Virus record (IMG/VR): IMGVR_UViG_3300048930_000256
Coordinates: 1-54,057 of that record
Length of the DNA stretch: 54,057 nt
Strand: one strand, 5' to 3'
DNA from: a virus
Taxonomy: Duplodnaviria; Caudoviricetes
The notes beneath the pieces are model-generated. The model did not search any database, was not told the origin of the DNA, and worked only from the letters and a program-made list of their open reading frames with translations. How positions within the stretch are numbered: position 1 is the first letter of the stretch; each line of letters begins with the position of its first letter. Position numbers and translations under genes: made by a program. This document shows positions 38,077-45,560 of this stretch, in pieces.

Positions 38077-38299
38077 AGAAGATTGGAATGAGGCTCGCAG
38101 CCGTGTGATTGAGGCGCGCAGGCTCTTGCGAGAATCCATAGAGCTTATTGACGACTTTCCCGTGGGTTTTTCTGAGGAGACATATACTGATTTTCAGAAA
38201 GCTATCAGCCTGTTTCGTGAGATGGAGGGCTTCTACAATCGTGCGATAGGTGCGCTCACCGTCACCATCTTTGATGATGCCGTAGATAACCATAAATAG
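38057..38299 (+). CDS. hypothetical protein
   Basis: AAGGAG RBS (start may be 38063). Confidence 0.55.
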   Translation: MKMSRSEEDWNEARSRVIEARRLLRESIELIDDFPVGFSEETYTDFQKAISLFREMEGFYNRAIGALTVTIFDDAVDNHK

Positions 38300-38348
38300 A
38301 ATTGGTATTCTTTAATGAATAGTTTCGGCAGCGAAGGGAGCCAAGGGA

Positions 38349-39632
38349 ATGTCAGAAAGCGCACGGGCGATAATAGCGCAAGCAATAAAGGGTGATAGAG
38401 ACACGAGCTTATTGGTTGGAAGCATAGAGCCATCTTGGATAGAAGACCAGCATTGTTATGCAATCATCTCAACAATAATAGACCTGTCTATATCTGGCAA
38501 ACCTATAACGCCAAAGACAATAGCATCGCGCATAGCAGGTGTCATAGATAGAAAAGAGTGCGCCTCGCTATTCTCATCGCAGGCGGCAGTAAAGGAATAT
38601 GTTGAGTCGTGCGAGAATCCAGACGGCTCGCGCATAGAATCGCACATAGAGCAAATCAAGCTCGACTACACAAGGTCTTCAATAATTGCTGGCGCCAAGA
38701 GGGTGGTAGATAGCCTGCCAAAATACCAGACAGCAGAAGAAGCTGCATCAAGCTCGATAGAAATAATGGCTTCAGGCATGACCTCAACCATTGGTGACGG
38801 TGGCGCTGTCGATAGCATGAAGGCAATTGACTCTTGGCTAAAGAGCAGGGAGGAAGCGTCGTTCATTAGGTCGTGGGACTTCCCTTTCCAGACATGGCAG
38901 AAGCGGGCGAAGTTCAAGCAGAGTGAGATACTTGTCTTTGCAGCTCCATCAGAAAGCGGGAAGAGCTGGTTCGGCGACCAGATGCTAGAGCGCGGCTGCA
39001 AGTCAGGCTCTCGCGTTGCACTGTTCACTGGCGAGATGACGCCAGAAGAGCATATAGAGCGGCTAGTAAAGATGGGCGGGTATAGTAGTGACGAGCTTGA
39101 TTCTGACAGGGCGAAGAGGCGGCTGGCAGATATAGCCTCGTGGGACTTCACTATCTATGATGGCCTAATAACCATAGATAGGATTCGCGCTGCATGTGTT
39201 CGTGCAAGAGCCATAGGCAGGCCGTATCACATGGTCATCGTAGACCACGTACACCTTATGGCCTTCGAGGGTAAGAATGGGTACAGAATAGCCCTAAACG
39301 ATGCGATGTCTATATTCAAGGGCGAGATAGCTAACAAGGAAAAGTGTGGCGTTGTATTACTATGCCAATTGAGGAAGCCGGAAAACTCAGACCCATCAAG
39401 GCGGCCACGCAAGAGTGACATCAGGGAGAGTGCGGCAATAGAGAATATCGCTGACTGGATATTCCTCATGGCTCGCAACAATGATGACGATGTTGATAGC
39501 ACAGAAAGCACTATATGGTGTGACAAGCGTAGGGGCGGCAGAAGGTTCCCGACTATCGGTGTGGAAATACACCCTAAGTTAAACCGGCTTGTAGAGATAC
39601 CAGCGGGGTTCGCGCCGACAATGATTGTTTGA
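38349..39632 (+). CDS. dnaB: DnaB-like replicative helicase
   Basis: Walker A AAPSESGKS, F.GEM, IVDHVHLM, LCQL, P..SDIRES..IE..AD and K.R motifs. Confidence 0.9.
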   Translation: MSESARAIIAQAIKGDRDTSLLVGSIEPSWIEDQHCYAIISTIIDLSISGKPITPKTIASRIAGVIDRKECASLFSSQAAVKEYVESCENPDGSRIESHIEQIKLDYTRSSIIAGAKRVVDSLPKYQTAEEAASSSIEIMASGMTSTIGDGGAVDSMKAIDSWLKSREEASFIRSWDFPFQTWQKRAKFKQSEILVFAAPSESGKSWFGDQMLERGCKSGSRVALFTGEMTPEEHIERLVKMGGYSSDELDSDRAKRRLADIASWDFTIYDGLITIDRIRAACVRARAIGRPYHMVIVDHVHLMAFEGKNGYRIALNDAMSIFKGEIANKEKCGVVLLCQLRKPENSDPSRRPRKSDIRESAAIENIADWIFLMARNNDDDVDSTESTIWCDKRRGGRRFPTIGVEIHPKLNRLVEIPAGFAPTMIV

Positions 39633-39678
39633 TACAATCACCATCGTAATCGATAAGCAGCAATAGAAGGGGCACTAG

Positions 39679-40047
39679 ATGTTCAAGAACGAAGTATCAC
39701 TAGAAGGAATCCTCAAATGGGAGCCAAAGAAGTTTGACCCAAAGCAGGACGGGCAAAAGCCAATTATGGTATTTGCACTAGAGCAGACGCAGGAGAACAC
39801 TGACCGTCGCAGCCTATTTCATTGCAAGGCGTATGGAGACCTTGCCGGCACACTGGCGCAAGAGAACCTTTCACAAGGAGACCGCATCCTTGTCGAAGGC
39901 CGGCTGAACGAATCTAAGTGGAAAGACAAGCAGACCGACGAGTGGAAAAGCCGTATCGAAGTTTGGGCGCGTAAGGTTGAGTTTGTGGACAGGGTTGCTG
40001 CTGGCGTCGCGGCTGGCGGGGATGACTTTGATGACATTCCATTCTAG
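39679..40047 (+). CDS. ssb: single-stranded DNA-binding protein
   Basis: N.V.L.G, GDRILVEGRL...W.DK and acidic C-terminal DDIPF. Confidence 0.92.
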   Translation: MFKNEVSLEGILKWEPKKFDPKQDGQKPIMVFALEQTQENTDRRSLFHCKAYGDLAGTLAQENLSQGDRILVEGRLNESKWKDKQTDEWKSRIEVWARKVEFVDRVAAGVAAGGDDFDDIPF

Positions 40048-40050
40048 TCG

Positions 40051-40326
40051 ATGAGAAAAAAGAGTGATGAACACCGTGGCGCAGAGTGGCTTCTTTATAG
40101 GAAGACGCTCGCGCTCGGTGACATCATTGATGAGTATGAGTCTGCAAAGATGCTTGGCATAACAGTCCACACATTTAGGGATGCCAAATATAAGGGGCAT
40201 ATATTCGGCCTTGATTTCCCAGAGCCGATATTTAGTTCGCAGAACAAATCGATATGGCTTATGTCTGAAATGCAGGACTTAGCTCGAAAGCATAGAGCAA
40301 AGAGGGCGGCAAGGAGAAAGCGATGA
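40051..40326 (+). CDS. AlpA/Xis-like winged-helix protein
   Basis: ESAKMLGIT...DFPEPI.....IW...E. Confidence 0.65.
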   Translation: MRKKSDEHRGAEWLLYRKTLALGDIIDEYESAKMLGITVHTFRDAKYKGHIFGLDFPEPIFSSQNKSIWLMSEMQDLARKHRAKRAARRKR

Positions 40327-40952
40327 CTGTTTTGGTTGGCATTACAGGTAGGGCTGGCTGTGGGAAAGACACTGCGGTATCGATTATAGAGCAGATATAT
40401 CCAGCTAAGACAGTGGTTCAACTGTCGTTCACAAAGAAGCTTAAAGAGTCTACGGCTGCGCTGCTTGGTATCAGTGTTGAAAAGCTGGAAGATTTGAAGC
40501 GGTACTATGACAAGCCGCTAATCACCGTGAGGGATAAGGATGGGACAATACTTACCGAGCATACGTTCCGCTCTATCCTACAGGTGAATGGCACCGAGGC
40601 TCACAGAGATATATTCGGTGAAGACTTCTGGGTAGAACAGGCCGAGAAGGAGATAAAGACATGTTCCGATATGAGCGTTGATATCATTGTCTTTCCAGAT
40701 GTTAGGTACGCTAACGAAGCGCAGCTCATACAAAAGTATGGCGGCATAATCATAAGTATTTCCAGCGACAATCACGAGATAGGGATTGACCACGGGACAG
40801 AGGTTCCTATACCAGACGAGCTGGTAGACGCTGCCATACACAACGGAAACTTTGATGATAATATGGCTACACTGACTTCTGATATACGAGACGCCCTGAA
40901 ATTGCTCGAATGGAATTCAGGCGTGTCATTACAAGGTTCTTTCGTACCTTAG
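40323..40952 (+). CDS. deoxynucleoside monophosphate kinase
   Basis: GITGRAGCGKDT P-loop; R..LQ..GTE..R; DVRY.NE. Confidence 0.88.
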   Translation: MTVLVGITGRAGCGKDTAVSIIEQIYPAKTVVQLSFTKKLKESTAALLGISVEKLEDLKRYYDKPLITVRDKDGTILTEHTFRSILQVNGTEAHRDIFGEDFWVEQAEKEIKTCSDMSVDIIVFPDVRYANEAQLIQKYGGIIISISSDNHEIGIDHGTEVPIPDELVDAAIHNGNFDDNMATLTSDIRDALKLLEWNSGVSLQGSFVP

Positions 40953-40974
40953 TGTTATACCTACTAATAACCTG

Positions 40975-40999
40975 ATACCTACCAGTATTGGGTAGGTAT
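40975..40999 (+). promoter_or_regulatory. hairpin followed by an extended -10 element (TGC-TAGTAT) upstream of the Rpf-like gene
   Basis: ATACCTACC-AGTATTG-GGTAGGTAT inverted repeat; TAGTAT at 41002-41007. Confidence 0.45.
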
Positions 41000-41015
41000 G
41001 CTAGTATCGTTTGCT

Positions 41016-41417
41016 ATGAAACTAGCAAAAGAAATAATCATTGTCCTAGCAGTATCAATCGCAATTGTATTCGCAGCGACCAGTATCGCAGAAGCAGCAG
41101 GGCCGCCACGCGGCAGTATCGGCTACTGTAAAAAACACGCAGTAAACGACCTAGTGAAACGCAAATGTTATATTCGCGTTGTGTGGAAGAGCGAGGGTCG
41201 CCGCGTATCTGACAAGGCCGTGCGTGTTGCATGGTGCGAGTCGCGTATCAATCCGAGAGTATGGAGCCGTGGCGGTCACTACTACGGCACGTTTCAGTTC
41301 GGTGCGCCCGAGCGCAAGCGCTTCAACTATGGGCATACAGTTGTCAGCCAAGCACGAGCAGCACTCGCCTATTACAAGATTAGTGGTTGGAGGCCGTGGC
41401 CTAGTTGCGGCGCATAA
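41016..41417 (+). CDS. secreted Rpf-like (lysozyme-fold) transglycosylase
   Basis: Signal peptide MKLAKEIIIVLAVSIAIVFAATSIAEA; VAWCES..., G.YYG.FQF, Q..AA and G.RPWPSC motifs. Confidence 0.75.
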   Translation: MKLAKEIIIVLAVSIAIVFAATSIAEAAGPPRGSIGYCKKHAVNDLVKRKCYIRVVWKSEGRRVSDKAVRVAWCESRINPRVWSRGGHYYGTFQFGAPERKRFNYGHTVVSQARAALAYYKISGWRPWPSCGA

Positions 41418-41438
41418 TAATAAGCAGGAGGCGGCAAC

Positions 41439-42023
41439 ATGACTACCATAATAGACAGATATGACGCAATCCTCCTAGACCCGCCGTGGTATTACCCAAC
41501 CAGTAAGAACAATATGGGCGCGGCAGAGCATCACTATGACTGTATGAGCGATGCTGAGATAGCAGCAATGCCCATCAAGCAGCACTGTGCGAAACATGCG
41601 TATGTATTTGTCTGGGCGACTGGCCCGCTACTACACCGGCAGATACAGATGTTCGAGCATTGGGGGATACACTATCGCGGTATCGCGTATGTGTGGGTTA
41701 AGACCCGTAAGGACGGGCAGATTATGGGCGCAGCAGGTGTGCCGCCTACGTTCACGAAAAGCAACGCTGAACTCTTGCTCATGGGTACGACGTGCAAGAC
41801 TGGTCGGCCATATAAGATAGAGACATATACGGAGCCGCAGATTGTTCTCGCGCCGCGTGGTAAGCACTCTGCGAAGCCAGAGGTATTTCAAGATAGCATC
41901 GAGCGTGTGATAGGGTCTGACAAGCGAAAGCTCGAACTGTTCGCAAGAAGGCAAAGGGATGGCTGGACATGCACAGGCATCGAGCTTACAGGGCACGACT
42001 ATAGGGAAGGGAAGCTGATATGA
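41439..42023 (+). CDS. MT-A70 family N6-adenine methyltransferase
   Basis: DPPW, HY..M, F.W.T, W.K, E.LL, HS.KP and ELFAR...GW...G.E motifs. Confidence 0.92.
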   Translation: MTTIIDRYDAILLDPPWYYPTSKNNMGAAEHHYDCMSDAEIAAMPIKQHCAKHAYVFVWATGPLLHRQIQMFEHWGIHYRGIAYVWVKTRKDGQIMGAAGVPPTFTKSNAELLLMGTTCKTGRPYKIETYTEPQIVLAPRGKHSAKPEVFQDSIERVIGSDKRKLELFARRQRDGWTCTGIELTGHDYREGKLI

Positions 42024-42673
42024 ATGTAATGCAAGCGCAATGGTGGATACAAGGCGGAATCACGCATGGATTCATCTATGATGTTAGGCACAATGGGAAA
42101 GAAGGTGAAGTGGCAAGCGTTGGTGGGGAAGTTATTCTTGATGACATCTACCAGCTATCATCATATCCCAAAGGGTGTAGGTGGGTAGACGCCGGCTGTC
42201 ACGCTGGTGTATTCTCTATAGCAGCAATTCAGGCTGGGCACACAGTTGCATCTGCAATCGACGTAGACTTAGATTGGTGCTTTGCATACTCATACACCAT
42301 AAATACTTTTATGAGCCAAATGGCTGCTCGGGGAATGGCTGCCTATAGTCAGGAGATAGACCCGAAAAACGAGATGCTTTTCTCGGCAGAGCAAATAATC
42401 TCGATAGCACTAGAAGATGTTAAGGGAATTCAGCATGACAGCAACGCGCTTAAACTGGATATACAGGGAGCCGAGTCATCTATACTCTCGGCACATGGAT
42501 GTAAACTTCTTGCAGACTATTTCAAATACATGGTTTTTGAATGGCATCACATAGACGACCAGAGTTATGCCGACACGCTAGAAAATAACGGCTGGTCAAT
42601 AGCATCTGTATCAAAACACACAGACACCTTAATGGGCATTGACACGCAGATTGTTAGCGCTGAAAGAAGGTAG
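42020..42673 (+). CDS. FkbM-like SAM-dependent methyltransferase
   Basis: D.Y...VDAGCHAG.FS; LKLDIQGAE; E.H. Confidence 0.7.
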   Translation: MNVMQAQWWIQGGITHGFIYDVRHNGKEGEVASVGGEVILDDIYQLSSYPKGCRWVDAGCHAGVFSIAAIQAGHTVASAIDVDLDWCFAYSYTINTFMSQMAARGMAAYSQEIDPKNEMLFSAEQIISIALEDVKGIQHDSNALKLDIQGAESSILSAHGCKLLADYFKYMVFEWHHIDDQSYADTLENNGWSIASVSKHTDTLMGIDTQIVSAERR

Positions 42674-42687
42674 GGTATGTGTAGTCT

Positions 42688-42906
42688 ATGGACAGAATGT
42701 CTTGGACTACGCAACATCTCATTGACGAGAACCAGATGCACATAAACGCTCTGCGCTCAATGATACTGGGCAATGTCATGGATGGTAGGCCATGTATGGA
42801 GATTCAGCGTACACTCTCGTTTGCGCTTGGCATTTTGCGGGAAAGAAGAGAAGTGCTAGAGGAGAGAGCGCGGGCAGAGGGAATAGTGTATGATACAGAG
42901 ACCTAG
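42688..42906 (+). CDS. hypothetical protein
   Basis: 72-aa ORF in the operon. Confidence 0.55.
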   Translation: MDRMSWTTQHLIDENQMHINALRSMILGNVMDGRPCMEIQRTLSFALGILRERREVLEERARAEGIVYDTET

Positions 42907-43280
42907 TGATAAGCGCTTTATCATCAACGGTTCCCTTCACAGCCAGTCTATGCTTTCATCATAGGCTGGCTTTTGATATGGTACGGGATATGAACGACAG
43001 CGGCAAGATACCAGAAGAATGGTATCCACATATAACAGAGGCAATCAGTAGGTCTACTGGCCTAAAGCCAACTGGAGGGAACCAAGTGAAAGAGCCTAGC
43101 GATATACCAACAATGGCTTTGCTTAATGTAATAGGCGAGCATGAAATGAAAATAGAGAAGCTGGAAAGTCGCGTTTCGATTATTTCGTTTAGAGCGAATT
43201 TTGCCTACGGGATATTCGTAGTAATCATTATGCTGCTTGTTGTTTCTCAGATATTAAACTTGGTGGAGGCTTGGCTGTAG
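42906..43280 (+). CDS. hypothetical membrane protein (C-terminal TM helix)
   Basis: FAYGIFVVIIMLLVVSQIL hydrophobic stretch; the start may lie further downstream. Confidence 0.55.
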   Translation: MISALSSTVPFTASLCFHHRLAFDMVRDMNDSGKIPEEWYPHITEAISRSTGLKPTGGNQVKEPSDIPTMALLNVIGEHEMKIEKLESRVSIISFRANFAYGIFVVIIMLLVVSQILNLVEAWL

Positions 43281-43999
43281 CGCATACCCCAGACGACGCG
43301 CAGCAGTACAGGAAAATACTTCAAGGCGATACCAAGGCTAGAGATAGGATGGTTGAAAAGCATCTTGGTCTAGTAAAGAAAAATGTTGTCTACTATGCTA
43401 GACGCAATCCAGAGATACCACTAGACGACCTCCTGCAAGAGGGGCATATAGGTCTAGTCATGGCGCTCAACAAGTTCGATGTAGACAAGGGGTACAGGTT
43501 TTCTACATACGCATCATTCTGGATTAAGCAAAGGATACAGCGGTTCGTTGTATTCAGCCATCCAAAGTCAGCTACAGCTAAACGCAAGGACATAGAAGAC
43601 TTCATCAATGGAAGAATGAGCGAAGAGCTGAAGCCGCTCTATAGCAATCGGTGCGGCTCATACTCGCCAATAGACTCGCCTGTGAGTAGGTCTGGAGAAA
43701 GTGGACTAGACTCAAACAAGGCAAGCAGTATAGCTGAAATGGCTTACGATGCCTGTCAGATGGAAGTGTCAGAGCTTGTAGAGGACAAGGATGAATGGAG
43801 GCACATGCGCTCCGTCATGATGGATGTCCTAGACCTTAGGGAGCTAACAATCATAGGTATGCGTTTCGGTGTGATGGGATGCACACAGAAAAAGATTGCA
43901 GACATAGCAGATGAGCTTGATATAACCATTGCCAGCCTAAGAAGCATTGAGGCTGTTGCTATGAAGAAGATTCGTGATGAGCTTGGAGTAGAATCATGA
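43271..43999 (+). CDS. sigma-70 family RNA polymerase sigma factor
   Basis: Region 2 DDLLQEGHIGL..A..KFD..KGYRFSTYA.FWI; region 4 L..RE..II..RFG...IA..L. Confidence 0.93.
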   Translation: MAVAHTPDDAQQYRKILQGDTKARDRMVEKHLGLVKKNVVYYARRNPEIPLDDLLQEGHIGLVMALNKFDVDKGYRFSTYASFWIKQRIQRFVVFSHPKSATAKRKDIEDFINGRMSEELKPLYSNRCGSYSPIDSPVSRSGESGLDSNKASSIAEMAYDACQMEVSELVEDKDEWRHMRSVMMDVLDLRELTIIGMRFGVMGCTQKKIADIADELDITIASLRSIEAVAMKKIRDELGVES

Positions 44000-44343
44000 G
44001 CGGTCGAAGGTCTAGGTCAAAGGGTGCAAGGGGCGAGCTTGAAGTTGGCAAGCTTATAGCCGCCGCCGGATTCCACGGAGCGAGGATGGGAAGGAATGGA
44101 TACTCTGCCGAAGATGTCGAACATTCAATCCCAAACGTACACATCGAAGTAAAGCGTACAGAGAAGATGCTTTTTTCGACATGGATTAAACAGGCAGAGA
44201 GAGACTGTGGTGACAAAACGCCAGTGATTGTTCATAGGGGTAATGGTGAGCCTTGGAGAGCTTTGGTTCCATTCGACTACCTGCTTGATTTGATGGCGCG
44301 TGTCGAAGGTGTTGCGGAGGGGAATAACGATAGTACGCAGTAA
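43996..44343 (+). CDS. Holliday junction resolvase (Hjc-like PD-(D/E)XK)
   Basis: SRSKGARGELE...D...IEVK...QA..D....P. Confidence 0.85.
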   Translation: MSGRRSRSKGARGELEVGKLIAAAGFHGARMGRNGYSAEDVEHSIPNVHIEVKRTEKMLFSTWIKQAERDCGDKTPVIVHRGNGEPWRALVPFDYLLDLMARVEGVAEGNNDSTQ

Positions 44344-44349
44344 TTATTT

Positions 44350-44556
44350 GTGGGGGTAATCGTGGATTGTAGGAAGGCTATCGACTGGCTAGAGGTTAGA
44401 ATGGAGGGTGAAGTAATAGAGTATGAGGACTTCGCCAAGGCTTCCAAAGATAAGCAGTATTGGAACGGCAGAATCGCTGGGGCAAAGGATGCTCTGAAAA
44501 TAATACGAGGGGTCAAGATGAGACTTGAAATGGAGGAGATGAATGAGCGACGATAG
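44350..44556 (+). CDS. hypothetical protein
   Basis: 68-aa ORF filling the operon gap. Confidence 0.5.
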   Translation: MGVIVDCRKAIDWLEVRMEGEVIEYEDFAKASKDKQYWNGRIAGAKDALKIIRGVKMRLEMEEMNERR

Positions 44557-44857
44557 CTATAGGGAGGAAGAGATTTCTGCTGGTGCGCTCATAATAGCCA
44601 CTGGCTCCATAGACGAAGCAGAGCGTAGAATAATCAAGGTTCTTGGACTTAGCCAAGAGAGGGCGCAAGATGTTGTAGCAGACGCATCGCTCATGCTTAT
44701 AGCTAACGCACCGCCAGAGATACGCAGGAGCTTTACTGCCGTATGCTCATACCATAGATGGAATCATCTGTTCGAGAAAGCTGCGCAGGCGCACGACAGT
44801 AAGACGATGATGGAGGCGCAGAAGAATATCGATGCTCTTATGAGGTCAGTACACTAA
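44543..44857 (+). CDS. hypothetical helical protein
   Basis: GGAGG RBS. Confidence 0.65.
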   Translation: MSDDSYREEEISAGALIIATGSIDEAERRIIKVLGLSQERAQDVVADASLMLIANAPPEIRRSFTAVCSYHRWNHLFEKAAQAHDSKTMMEAQKNIDALMRSVH

Positions 44858-45036
44858 TGCCTATTCATGATTACAAATGCGATTCATGCGGGTGTGTCAC
44901 AGAACATCACAGTGACGATATGCCAGAGTTTTGCGAAGGCACATGCGGTATGCACCCTGATTGCAATGGGAGGGTAAACAGGGTCTGGTCAGCGCCTCGG
45001 CTTGGAAGAATGAGTAGTGGGGAGCCTCCGCGATGA
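44857..45036 (+). CDS. FmdB-like Zn-ribbon protein (59 aa)
   Basis: MPIHDYKCDSCG...C...C.G...RV.SAP; TAATG and ATGA overlaps. Confidence 0.8.
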   Translation: MPIHDYKCDSCGCVTEHHSDDMPEFCEGTCGMHPDCNGRVNRVWSAPRLGRMSSGEPPR

Positions 45037-45560
45037 GCGAAGAGATAATCCACACAAAACAGACGCCATCATATAGCCGTAGGCCAGATGAGCCAGCGTC
45101 AGACTACGAGGCTTTTGTTGAGTGGTGCAGGATTCCACCATCAAGCAGGTCTACTGGAAACTTCTGTAGGCGAACAGGGTTCCCGCAGAAGGCTGTGAAA
45201 AGGATGCGTGAGAAGTGGCAATGGGATGCTAGGGCGGCAGCGTTCGACGCTGATAGCGTAGCCCTGCGGCCAGACCCTGCATCGATGGAAGAAGAGGCGG
45301 CGCTCGCCGGACAGATTGCTGCTGCAACCACGCTTATCGAGCTTGGCCTACGCTCTATCGAGCTGAAGAACCCATCGCTCATATCGGCAGACAAGGCGCT
45401 AAAGCTTGTAGAGAAGGGCGTGGAGATTCAGCGCAAGGCGCTCGGTCAGGCAGATGTCAATATAGAATTCTCCTCTGGCGACCTAAGCAGGGTGAACAAG
45501 CTTATAGAAGACCTAAACATAGAAGACGCAGAACTGGTAGACGAGGAGCTTGAAGAATAA
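45033..45560 (+). CDS. probable terminase small subunit
   Basis: 175 aa immediately before TerL; E....YEAF..W and KWQW..RA.A.D motifs. Confidence 0.6.
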   Translation: MSEEIIHTKQTPSYSRRPDEPASDYEAFVEWCRIPPSSRSTGNFCRRTGFPQKAVKRMREKWQWDARAAAFDADSVALRPDPASMEEEAALAGQIAAATTLIELGLRSIELKNPSLISADKALKLVEKGVEIQRKALGQADVNIEFSSGDLSRVNKLIEDLNIEDAELVDEELEE

